Shown in pieces: positions 39,406 to 48,243 of a stretch of 64,000 bases of DNA. Made by a program: the position numbers and the translations under genes. The stretch is from contig CAWDOD010000002.1 of assembly GCA_963803805.1 (NCBI GenBank), positions 1,056,001 through 1,120,000 on the forward strand, read 5' to 3'. The notes under the pieces are model-generated. The model searched no databases, had not been told where the DNA came from, and was given only the letters and a program-made list of their open reading frames with translations. Each line of letters opens with the position of its first letter. The first letter of the stretch is position 1. Source of the DNA: an uncultured cyanobacterium. GTDB taxonomy: Bacteria > Cyanobacteriota > Cyanobacteriia > Cyanobacteriales > CAWCAG01.

Positions 39406-39681
39406 ATGGCTATCAAGGTATTAATCCCCACTCCCTTACAAAAATTTACTAACTCTCAAGCAGTAATTGAAGGGGAAGGCAAAACTGTTAACGAATTAAT
39501 TGATTCATTAGAAAGTACTTGTCCTAGTATTAAAGGGCGTTTACGAGATGAAGAAGGTAAGCCTCGTCGCTTTTTGAATCTTTATGTAAATGACGAAGAT
39601 ATTCGTTTTTTAAAAGGTGCAGATACTCCTCTCAATGATGGAGATCAAGTTAGTATCGTTCCAGCAGTAGCTGGCGGTTGA
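39406..39681 (+). CDS. MoaD/ThiS/CysO-like ubiquitin-fold sulfur carrier protein
   Basis: [16 protein letters not shown]-terminal IVPAVAGG. Confidence 0.9.
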   Translation: MAIKVLIPTPLQKFTNSQAVIEGEGKTVNELIDSLESTCPSIKGRLRDEEGKPRRFLNLYVNDEDIRFLKGADTPLNDGDQVSIVPAVAGG

Positions 39682-39733
39682 AGAATTCAGAATACGAAGG
39701 TAAATCATCGACAACTTAAACAACTTAAGGAAT

Positions 39734-40177
39734 ATGCCAGAAGAAACTGCCCCCCAAGAAAACAAAGCTAAAGCTGCTAAGGCCAAGAAAAAGAAACCCT
39801 CAGCAGTAGAAGATAAACCTTTTACAGAATTTATGGCCCAGGATTTTACCCCGGCTTTGCAGAAAGCTTTATCTGAAGAAGGTATTGAGGATGCTGAGTT
39901 GGATTTAGTGAAAGAAAAATTACCAATAGCTGGTGCAAATTCCGACGAACAATGTTGGCAGTTTATTGGTAAATGGGAAGGAGGAGAACGGCAGTTTAAT
40001 CTTTATTTTCTAGATGAAGATATTAAAGGTCAAAAAGGCTTTTCTTGCTCTACAAATGGGGCATCTCCTAGTACCATTGAGTCTTTTATGATTGATGAGC
40101 GTCGGGTTAATTTACCTTTGTTGGTGATGTATACAGTACAGCGTTTAAATGGGCAGAAGTGGTTGGCGAAAAATTAA
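39734..40177 (+). CDS. DUF2996 family protein
   Basis: EDKPFTEF, RQFNLYF, ESFMIDERR, QRLNGQKWL. Confidence 0.8.
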   Translation: MPEETAPQENKAKAAKAKKKKPSAVEDKPFTEFMAQDFTPALQKALSEEGIEDAELDLVKEKLPIAGANSDEQCWQFIGKWEGGERQFNLYFLDEDIKGQKGFSCSTNGASPSTIESFMIDERRVNLPLLVMYTVQRLNGQKWLAKN

Positions 40178-40290
40178 AGAGTGCTAGTTGCTAATGGCTA
40201 GTTGCTGAAGATACAAATAACTAACTATTACCTATTGCCTGCCTAGCTCCCTACTAAAGCCGCCAAGAGTTTAAATGAGGAGAAACTGCT

Positions 40291-40402
40291 GTGACTACAA
40301 CTTTAGTTATCCAAACAGAAGGAATTCCTTGGACGGTTTCTTTACCTGCGATCGCCTGATGCTGCTTGGGTTAAAAATGACAGACAAGCATATTCGCTTT
40401 GA
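40291..40402 (+). pseudogene. Uma2-family endonuclease remnant with an internal deletion joined at a HIP1 site
   Basis: GAGGAG SD + GTG...MTTTLVIQTEGIPWTVSLPAIA*. A different frame entering at the same GCGATCGC (40348-40355) reads RSPDAAWVK, the Uma2 core motif. Confidence 0.65.
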
Positions 40403-40901
40403 TTGGGCGATTAAAAGACTACTAAGGGATAAAGCTAACTATATATAGCAGGGTAATTGCTTTTTGGAAATCAGCGATCGCCGCCTCTGTTTTTTCCTGT
40501 AAATTCGTTGCTATGATTTGTCGCAAAGTGAAAACACCCCTTGGAATTAAAGTAAAATTTGTCTCGAACTTTCTTTATCAGTACAAATAGCTATTTAATC
40601 TCCGTAATTAGTTTAAAATACTTAGATGGATAAATCAAGCTTGTGACCAAGCGGAAACCTTTTTCTCTATTTAATATTGTGAAATAGCTAAAATTCTGAT
40701 GGGATCGCTTGAGCAAAACCTTAAACCTTAATTTATTTTTGCCTTACCAAAGTTCTTCTTGATAAAGCTTTGTAACTATTGACAGGAAACTATCCAACAG
40801 CTTGCCGAGAGATTGATAAACTAGAACGCAGCAGAAAATGGACATCTGTTGCCTTTAATTCCTAAAGCACTACATTGTCTTTATAAAAAAATCTAAAACT
40901 C

Positions 40902-41978
40902 ATGGTAAATACCCTCAAAAAACCTGAATTTGAAGAAATCCGTCCAGGAGTCAAAAATCCTGCCAAGGAAAACCTTTTAACACCTCGATTTTATACCACT
41001 GATTTTGAGGAAATGGCGAAGATGGATCTTTCGCCTAATGAAGAGGAATTAAAAGCTATTCTTGAGGAATTTCGCGTTGACTATAACCGTACCCATTTTG
41101 TGCGGGATGAGGAATTCAATCAATCTTGGGAACATATTGACGGGGAAACACGCCGCTTATTTGTAGAATTTTTAGAGCGTTCTTGTACCGCAGAATTCTC
41201 TGGCTTCCTGCTTTACAAAGAACTAGGCAGACGTTTGAAGAAATCCAACCCACTTTTAGCTGAATGCTTTAACTTAATGTCTAGGGATGAGGCACGTCAT
41301 GCAGGCTTCCTTAATAAAGCCATGTCTGACTTTAATCTTTCTTTGGACTTGGGCTTCCTCACCAAAAACCACAAATATACTTTCTTCAAGCCAAAATTTA
41401 TTTTCTACGCCACCTACCTCTCAGAAAAAATTGGTTACTGGCGCTATATAACTATCTATCGTCACTTAGAAGCCCATCCAGAAGACCAAATTTATCCTAT
41501 CTTCCGCTTCTTTGAAAACTGGTGTCAAGATGAAAATCGCCATGGTGATTTCTTTGATGCCGTAATGAAATCTCAGCCTCATATTTTAAACGACTGGCGG
41601 GCTAAATTATGGTGTCGTTTCTTCCTGCTTTCTGTGTTCGCCACCATGTATCTTAATGATATTCAGCGTTCTGGTTTCTATAAATCTTTAGGTTTAGATG
41701 CCCGTGAGTATGATATTCACGTTATTAAGAAAACTAACGAAACCGCAGGCAGGGTATTTCCTATCACCTTAAATGTGGAAGATCCAGAATTTTATAATCG
41801 GTTGGATGTTTGTGTGGAAAATAATCGTAAGTTAGCCTCAATTGCTAGTTCTGAAGGCATTAAACCTGTAAAATTCTTGAAGAAACTGCCCCTTTATCTT
41901 TCTAGTGGTTGGCAACTTTTGAAGTTATATTTCATGAAACCTTTAGATGCTGCTAGCGCTCAAGGTATGGCTCGTTAA
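40902..41978 (+). CDS. acsF: Mg-protoporphyrin IX monomethyl ester oxidative cyclase
   Basis: [40 protein letters not shown] di-iron motifs. Confidence 0.97.
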   Translation: MVNTLKKPEFEEIRPGVKNPAKENLLTPRFYTTDFEEMAKMDLSPNEEELKAILEEFRVDYNRTHFVRDEEFNQSWEHIDGETRRLFVEFLERSCTAEFSGFLLYKELGRRLKKSNPLLAECFNLMSRDEARHAGFLNKAMSDFNLSLDLGFLTKNHKYTFFKPKFIFYATYLSEKIGYWRYITIYRHLEAHPEDQIYPIFRFFENWCQDENRHGDFFDAVMKSQPHILNDWRAKLWCRFFLLSVFATMYLNDIQRSGFYKSLGLDAREYDIHVIKKTNETAGRVFPITLNVEDPEFYNRLDVCVENNRKLASIASSEGIKPVKFLKKLPLYLSSGWQLLKLYFMKPLDAASAQGMAR

Positions 41979-41984
41979 ATCATT

Positions 41985-42017
41985 TTATAGAGGCGTTAGG
42001 ATACAACGTCTCTATAA
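41985..42017. repeat. REP-like palindrome / hairpin after acsF
   Basis: TTATAGAGGCGTT-AGGATAC-AACGTCTCTATAA. Confidence 0.6.
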
Positions 42018-42019
42018 TT

Positions 42020-43222
42020 TTGCTAGAGGTGCAGAAATTGAAAACCTTAGCTAAAGTTGCGATCCCGAAGGCTACGCAGAGCGTAATCACCGCTTTTTTA
42101 CTAATTCTGTTAACAGCTTGCGGTGCATCCAGAATTACTGCCCAAGAGCGACTATTTCCAGAATTATCCTTGGAATTTTTGGGAGAATATCAACTCCCTA
42201 AAAAAGTTTTCCAAGATACTCCCGTAGGCGGTTTATCGGCTTTAACCTACAACCCCAAACTTAAGCGTTTCTACATTCTATCCGATGACCGTAGTCAATT
42301 TGCTCCGGCTCGTTTTTATACTTTTAATATTCCCTTCCAGCAAAATGAAGCAGGAGAGATTGGTTTTGGTGAAGTAGCTATAGAAAGAGTAACCTTTCTC
42401 AAAGATTCTCAAGGGAACACCTATCCTGCCGGAAGCATTGATCCTGAAGGAATCGCCTTCTCTCCCCAAGGCAACCTTTTCATCTCTAGTGAAGGAATTC
42501 CCAGCCAAGGCATCCCTCCTTTCATTAGAGAATTTGACCTCGAAACAGGGCAAACATTGAGCGATTTACGCCTTCCCCAACGCTACTTACCTCCAGAGCA
42601 GGAGGAAGATTTACCTCGCGGGGTTAGGGAAAACTTAGGATTAGAAGCCTTAACCCTCAATCCTTTTAGCGCGGCTGTTCCCCAAGCAGATCCCTTCCGA
42701 TTATTTGCCGCTTTTGAATTTGCCTTGCAACAAGATTATAACTCTGAAGCAGAAGGAGAAACAGGAGAGATACCCCTGCGTTTCATGCACTATCTTTTTA
42801 ACCCCATCGGACTACCAAATTTTGTAGCGGAACATCTTTATTACCTAGATGCTACCCCTGCTGGTGTCATTAGCAATGGGTTAACGGAATTAGCAGCGAT
42901 TGAACCAGAAGGTTATTTCCTCAGTTTAGAACGGACTTACGGCTTAACTGGGGCAGGGGCAAAGATTTACCAAGTCGCATTAGCTACGGCTACTGATACG
43001 ACCTTAGTAGAGAGTTTTCAGGGCAATATAGGAGGGGTTGTACCTTTGAAAAAAAAGCTACTCCTTGACCTTAAGGGACTAGAAATTTATCTCGATAATT
43101 TTGAAGGAATGGTTTTGGGACCCTTATTACCTGATGGTAGTAAAAGTCTTCTTTTAATCAGCGATGATAATTTTAGTGAAGAACAAATAACACAGTTTTT
43201 ACTATTTCGTTTAAATGATTAA
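42020..43222 (+). CDS. Phytase-like (esterase-like activity of phytase) lipoprotein
   Basis: Lipobox LTAC, GGLSAL, LSDDR, DPEGI, NLGLEAL, DNFEGM, SDDNF. Confidence 0.85.
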   Translation: MLEVQKLKTLAKVAIPKATQSVITAFLLILLTACGASRITAQERLFPELSLEFLGEYQLPKKVFQDTPVGGLSALTYNPKLKRFYILSDDRSQFAPARFYTFNIPFQQNEAGEIGFGEVAIERVTFLKDSQGNTYPAGSIDPEGIAFSPQGNLFISSEGIPSQGIPPFIREFDLETGQTLSDLRLPQRYLPPEQEEDLPRGVRENLGLEALTLNPFSAAVPQADPFRLFAAFEFALQQDYNSEAEGETGEIPLRFMHYLFNPIGLPNFVAEHLYYLDATPAGVISNGLTELAAIEPEGYFLSLERTYGLTGAGAKIYQVALATATDTTLVESFQGNIGGVVPLKKKLLLDLKGLEIYLDNFEGMVLGPLLPDGSKSLLLISDDNFSEEQITQFLLFRLND

Positions 43223-43330
43223 TGGGCAACTGACGATTGGTAAAGGCAGGTTTATTAAGATTTGTGATAAGCTCATAAATTTACGAGAACCAGCCCATAC
43301 ATTCTACTTTTTATATTAACTAACTGAAAA

Positions 43331-43918
43331 ATGTCTCATTCTCAAGATATTAAAACTCTTGCTCGTTTAATGGCAGCAGATTTTAGTAACCAAGAACAAG
43401 CTTTTGAAAATCCACCTTTTTTTGCTCATATTCGAGTTTGTATCCGACCTTTATCAGAGGAATTATTCGGAGAAACAAGTCTTTTTTTAGAACAAGCTTA
43501 TGATATAGCCATCAATGAACCTTATCGCTTACGGGTATTCAAATTAACTGCTGTAGAAGATTATATTTTCTTAGAAAACTTTAAAATAAAAGACCAAGAG
43601 AAGTATTATGGCGCTTCTCGTCATAAAGAACGTTTGCAAGACTTAAAGGTAGAAGAGTTGGAAAAATTACCTGGCTGCGACATGATTATTAAATGGACTG
43701 GCAGCAGTTTTAATGGAGTTGTTGTACCAGGTAAAAATTGCATCGTCGAACGCAAAGGCAAAGTAACTTATCTAGATAATAGTTTTGATGTTAGCGAAGA
43801 GAAGTTAGTTAGTTATGACAGAGGCAGAGATCCAGAAACTGACGAATTAGTATGGGGATCTGTGGCAGGGCCTTTTGAGTTTTACCGTAAAACCAGCTTT
43901 GCTTCTGAAATCAATTGA
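43331..43918 (+). CDS. cpcT: CpcT/CpeT phycobiliprotein chromophore lyase
   Basis: DFSNQEQAFENPPFFAHIR, EQAY, PYRLR, C.VER, DRGRDPET..VWGS. Confidence 0.88.
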   Translation: MSHSQDIKTLARLMAADFSNQEQAFENPPFFAHIRVCIRPLSEELFGETSLFLEQAYDIAINEPYRLRVFKLTAVEDYIFLENFKIKDQEKYYGASRHKERLQDLKVEELEKLPGCDMIIKWTGSSFNGVVVPGKNCIVERKGKVTYLDNSFDVSEEKLVSYDRGRDPETDELVWGSVAGPFEFYRKTSFASEIN

Positions 43919-44506
43919 CAATCTGTTGGGTGTTAATCAGTAATATAGACTGAATTAATTTTAGGAACGCATCTTTTCCACCGTGTACAGAATACCATGT
44001 TCAGGAAGAGGAAAGCGCATGAAGTAGCAAGAGTTTTTTTTAGTTAACATCAATAAGCAAAACTTTTCTTTCTTATCGTCAAAGTTCAAATCATTTAAAG
44101 TCAAACAATTTTTGAGCGGCTCTATAAATTTATGTTAAGAACGGTTGAATAAGCTTTTGAGAGGGGTTTCTTTTGTAATAGAATTAATTAAGATTTATAA
44201 ATAATGCGAAACTGGCCGTTTTTTGCTCAAAACAATCTTCAACTGAGAGAAGCCACGAGATAATGGGGCTTGACTTGAAATAAAGCAAGTTGAAGGAAGG
44301 AATTCCATAATACTAAAAGCATGAGAGAATCACTTTCTTTTTAGACTGAATTTAATCGCCTATTGACAAAATGCAAATTTAATGTTTTCTTGCTTCTCTT
44401 AAACTTAGCAAAAATATTAAGTAGTCCAACAAGATTATTTGTATATTTACCACTCAGTTGTATTCGGTGTACCCTAGTCCCTCATTTTCCACCAGCTCCC
44501 TATTCT

Positions 44507-45271
44507 TCAATAAGATTCTTCTTGATAAGCAAGATAAACAGCTTCTAAAAATTGATTTGCTGTCACGCCAGGGGGAACTTTCTCTAAGGCAATAATCTCT
44601 TTAATTTGGCTAGCTAAACGTAAGCTAACTTCTTTTCTGGCTGAAGGTATCATCCCTTTGCGGCGTTGTAAATAGTCGCGAATAATCGCAAAATCTTCTG
44701 GTAATAAACTAGATAAATCAGTTACGATGGGAAGTTCTTGAGCTAAAGTCTTAGCTTCTGTTGAAATAGAAAACTTAGTGTCATTAATAGTTTGTTCTTC
44801 TTGTACTACTAAAGTTCCTGCTACCAAGTCTCCAATACGTTTTTCTTGCTTATTAAAAATAATAAAAAACATACCTACAAACAACAAGTCATCTACAGGG
44901 CGAAGGAGGGAGCGAATAGTTGCTTGTTGTATTTGTACTGGTCTGCCATCATCTTGAATTACCCTGATTTTAACTCGACGTTTGCCAGGGGTTTGTCCTT
45001 GCCAAATGGTTTCAAAAAAAACAAAATAACCAACTTGAATAGCAAAAACAACTAGTAATTGAATAGCTAGTAAAAATTGAGACAAGCTATCATATTGGGC
45101 CAAATAATTGAAAACCAAAAATACCAAGGTGACTTGGCATAGCAAAACAACTGATGACCAAAGAAAATAATCGATTAAAAGAGCATGAACTCGATTACCA
45201 ATTCCGGCTAGGGAAAACTCTAGTTCAACACTTTCTGGCGTTTCTAAACTAACTCGATTAAAAAAATTCAC
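44507..45271 (-). CDS. RDD family membrane protein
   Basis: TPESVEL...AGIGNR..A.LID, GQTPGKR, KRIGDLVAGT. Confidence 0.88.
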   Translation of the reverse strand: MNFFNRVSLETPESVELEFSLAGIGNRVHALLIDYFLWSSVVLLCQVTLVFLVFNYLAQYDSLSQFLLAIQLLVVFAIQVGYFVFFETIWQGQTPGKRRVKIRVIQDDGRPVQIQQATIRSLLRPVDDLLFVGMFFIIFNKQEKRIGDLVAGTLVVQEEQTINDTKFSISTEAKTLAQELPIVTDLSSLLPEDFAIIRDYLQRRKGMIPSARKEVSLRLASQIKEIIALEKVPPGVTANQFLEAVYLAYQEESY

Positions 45272-45350
45272 AAATCAGTTATTGGTTGTCTTATAAATAA
45301 ATGCTATACAGCTTACCATTGCCCCAGACTAAACTGTTAATAGATAACTG

Positions 45351-46322
45351 TCAAATAGTATCCCGTAGCTGTAAATCTAACCCTTCTTTACGATTACGTA
45401 AGTCGTAATAAATTACAGCTTTAATTGCTTGCCAAAAAGCTAAAGTAGCTATGTTGGCGGTAAAGAAGAATAAAATAGTTAACAACAATGGTCCTATCAA
45501 TGCAGATACAACGGCTGTGGGGTTTAATCCTCCTCCGACACCTAATATACCGCCAAAAGAAGCCAATAAAGAAGCAAAGCTGATAATCAGGGGAACCATG
45601 GCTATTGCATAAATTGGTAAAGTAATTAGGAAAGCAACAAAAACAATTAAAGCAATTTGTGTAGCCATTCCTTTACTTAAAGTCCAACTACGATTTAAAG
45701 CATCAGAACTACTAACTTTAGTTTCTATCGCTAAAGGAACTTCGGGGATGAAAAATCTAGCATAGACCCATAAATAAATACCTAAAAGAAGGAATTGCCC
45801 AACTACAGTAATCAACAAAACCAAGGGGTTATTATTACCCAATATTCTCGCTAAAATAAATGTGAGCGCACCTACAGTTAAACTCTGCACCAGAGACAAA
45901 CCTATATTAACAACACCCATAACAGCAGAAAGCAAAAGTTGTACCCAGAGGAAATCCCACATTTTGGGTTGAATACTTTCACTAGCTAAGGTTTTAGTTT
46001 CGGGCTTGTCGGCTAACATTCCGAAAGCTAATCTAGAGATGAGGGCAGAATTTTTTAAGGACTTAGCCCCACAATAAAATACGGCTACTAACCAAACAAG
46101 AAAAACGAGAATTATTATGGGGATTAATGAAGTATTCGTACTAAAATTAAGAGCAATTAGTCCTGCGATTACTAAACCTAGTAAAAATGGTGAAAATGCC
46201 CACAAACTTGCTGTTAAAGCAATCCCTAAATAGGTTTTTAAATTATCCCTATACAGTCGCAAACTAGCACTAACTACATTACCTATACTCAAGGGGCCGA
46301 TAGAACTGGAACTTCTAGACAT
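45351..46322 (-). CDS. Multi-TM membrane protein (GDPD-membrane-domain/DUF975-like)
   Basis: PLSIGNVVS, AL.RSW.L.KG, YYDLRNRKEGLDL; ATG 46322 preferred over TTG 46328. Confidence 0.7.
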   Translation of the reverse strand: MSRSSSSIGPLSIGNVVSASLRLYRDNLKTYLGIALTASLWAFSPFLLGLVIAGLIALNFSTNTSLIPIIILVFLVWLVAVFYCGAKSLKNSALISRLAFGMLADKPETKTLASESIQPKMWDFLWVQLLLSAVMGVVNIGLSLVQSLTVGALTFILARILGNNNPLVLLITVVGQFLLLGIYLWVYARFFIPEVPLAIETKVSSSDALNRSWTLSKGMATQIALIVFVAFLITLPIYAIAMVPLIISFASLLASFGGILGVGGGLNPTAVVSALIGPLLLTILFFFTANIATLAFWQAIKAVIYYDLRNRKEGLDLQLRDTI

Positions 46323-46390
46323 CTTCAAATTGGCATCGTTGCTGTTTACACCAATCCTAAGCTAGGTTGGGCTAGATATGGGGAGATGTT

Positions 46391-47359
46391 ATGAATATTA
46401 AACGTTGGATTGGCCGTAGAGAGAAAAATTGGCAGCGTTTAGATAATTTGTTAAATCAGGTAGAAAAGAAAGGCCTAAAGTCTTTGCAAGCTGATCAGAT
46501 TATAGAATTAGCAGGTTTATATCGTTCTGTTTCAGCAGATTTAGCTAGGGCAAGAACCAACAAAGTTGGCAAAACCTTGATCCAAAGCTTACAAAAACTA
46601 ACCTCCCGCAGCTATAACCAAATTTATCAAGGTTCCCGTCGCCAAGAATGGCAAAAAGCAATTGAATTTTGTTTATGGGGGTTTCCCGCCTTAGTACGGC
46701 GAACTTGGGTTTATATTGCGATCTCCACGGGACTTTTTATTGGTAGCGGTTTAATCGCTTGGTGGTACTCCTGGCAAGATCCTAGTTTTATCGCCTTAGT
46801 TGTTCCCCAAGGGATTATTTCTCAAGTTCGCGATCGCCAAGAGTTATGGATGGGTTCGATTTTAGGGACTGAACCTTTAGCTTCTAGCGGCATTATGATT
46901 AATAACCTCAAGGTATCTTTTAATGTCGTTGCTGGAGGTATAACCGCAGGAATTCTTACTGTTTATATCTTAATTTACAACGGTTTATTAATTGGCTCCG
47001 TAGGGACTTTAGTCGGACAACATAACTTAGCTTATCCTTTTTGGGCCTTTGTTTGGCCCCACGGTGCTTTAGAATTACCGGCAATCTTTTTTGCTGGGGC
47101 TGCGGGTTTATTAATCACCAGGGCGCTTTTATTTCCTGGGCAATATCGCCGTCTTGATGCTTTCAAAGTTTATGGTTCCCAGGCAGCACAATTAGTTTTT
47201 GGTGTTGTTATCATGCTGATTCTTGCCGGAATAATTGAAGGTTTCTTTTCTCCTAATCCTCTTTTTCCAGATTCTTTTAAATATCTAATTGGGATAGCAA
47301 TTTTAACTTCTTTAGTGATGTATTGTATTAGGAAAAAAGGTGTAATTGGTAATGGCTAA
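46391..47359 (+). CDS. Stage II sporulation protein M (SpoIIM/DUF95) family membrane protein
   Basis: LYRSVSADLARART, INNLKV, PHGALELPAI, AGIIEGFFSP. Confidence 0.85.
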   Translation: MNIKRWIGRREKNWQRLDNLLNQVEKKGLKSLQADQIIELAGLYRSVSADLARARTNKVGKTLIQSLQKLTSRSYNQIYQGSRRQEWQKAIEFCLWGFPALVRRTWVYIAISTGLFIGSGLIAWWYSWQDPSFIALVVPQGIISQVRDRQELWMGSILGTEPLASSGIMINNLKVSFNVVAGGITAGILTVYILIYNGLLIGSVGTLVGQHNLAYPFWAFVWPHGALELPAIFFAGAAGLLITRALLFPGQYRRLDAFKVYGSQAAQLVFGVVIMLILAGIIEGFFSPNPLFPDSFKYLIGIAILTSLVMYCIRKKGVIGNG

Positions 47360-47378
47360 TGGCTAAATTATTCTATCA

Positions 47379-47444
47379 CCCTAGCTCCCTAGCTCCCTAG
47401 CTCCCCATCTCCCGATCTCCCCATCTCCCTATCTCCCTGCTCCC
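47379..47444. repeat. Octamer tandem repeat (CCCTAGCT / CCCCATCT)
   Basis: CCCTAGCT x3 then CCCCATCT/CCCGATCT/CCCTATCT variants. Confidence 0.75.
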
Positions 47445-47549
47445 TTCTTCAAAAGTTATACATCAAGTTGAACAAATTTATTTAATCTCTCCTCAAATAA
47501 AACGTGATCGCTAACATCTTATTTTCATACTAGGAAAAACTAAAAACTT

Positions 47550-47756
47550 ATGATGGAGATAGGATTTAAGGTGGATATAGAAGAACTAGAGACTCGTTAT
47601 AGAGAAGAAATAGACGGCTTAGGCAATCAATTACAAAACGCTACATTAGAAATCTCTCAAATAGAAACAGTAATCTTGCAAATGGGACAATCTATTGAAA
47701 ACCTCAGTAATATTCTCGAAGAATTTATTCAACAGCAGCGAAATAGAGAAAATTAA
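47550..47756 (+). CDS. Small coiled-coil hypothetical protein
   Basis: 68-aa helical ORF. Confidence 0.55.
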   Translation: MMEIGFKVDIEELETRYREEIDGLGNQLQNATLEISQIETVILQMGQSIENLSNILEEFIQQQRNREN

Positions 47757-48127
47757 TCAGAAAGATTTAATTCTTCGGCAATCACTTGATTAATTTTAGT
47801 TAAAACCGTAGGCTTTACCAGGAAACGACGCGCCCCTAATTCCCAGGCCCTTTCTTTATCTTTAGGAAAAGAATAAGCAGAAAAGACAATTACAGGAAGA
47901 AAATACCAGGGCGATCGCCTCAGCATTGCCATCAAATCAAAACCATCAATACCACCTGGAAGCTTAATATCAAGCAAAATCAAATCTGGCTGAAACTCTT
48001 CTAAATGATCTCTGAAATTCAAGCCATTTGGTACACTTAGAATTTCATAACCCCTTGAATTAAGATACTCTGTAACGACTTCACGATGGAATTCATTGTC
48101 CTCAATAAACAGGATTTTGCCACTCAC
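47753..48127 (-). CDS. Single-domain response regulator
   Basis: ILFIEDN, ILLDIKLP, FSAY, FLVKP. Confidence 0.88.
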   Translation of the reverse strand: MSGKILFIEDNEFHREVVTEYLNSRGYEILSVPNGLNFRDHLEEFQPDLILLDIKLPGGIDGFDLMAMLRRSPWYFLPVIVFSAYSFPKDKERAWELGARRFLVKPTVLTKINQVIAEELNLSD

Positions 48128-48243
48128 AACATTCTAACTTCAAGCTATCACTGAAAATAGCCTGAATTAACTTACTTTTCATCTAGACTAGAAGTATTGT
48201 TTAAAAAGCCGTTTTACCCTTAGCTGCTCAAATTAATTTAGCA

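Noticed and set aside
43960-44050. Short minus-strand ORF (MLTKKNSCYFMRFPLPEHGILYTVEKMRS) or signal-peptide-like remnant
   Set aside because: Too short, no recognisable homology, and the frame depends on an A8 run
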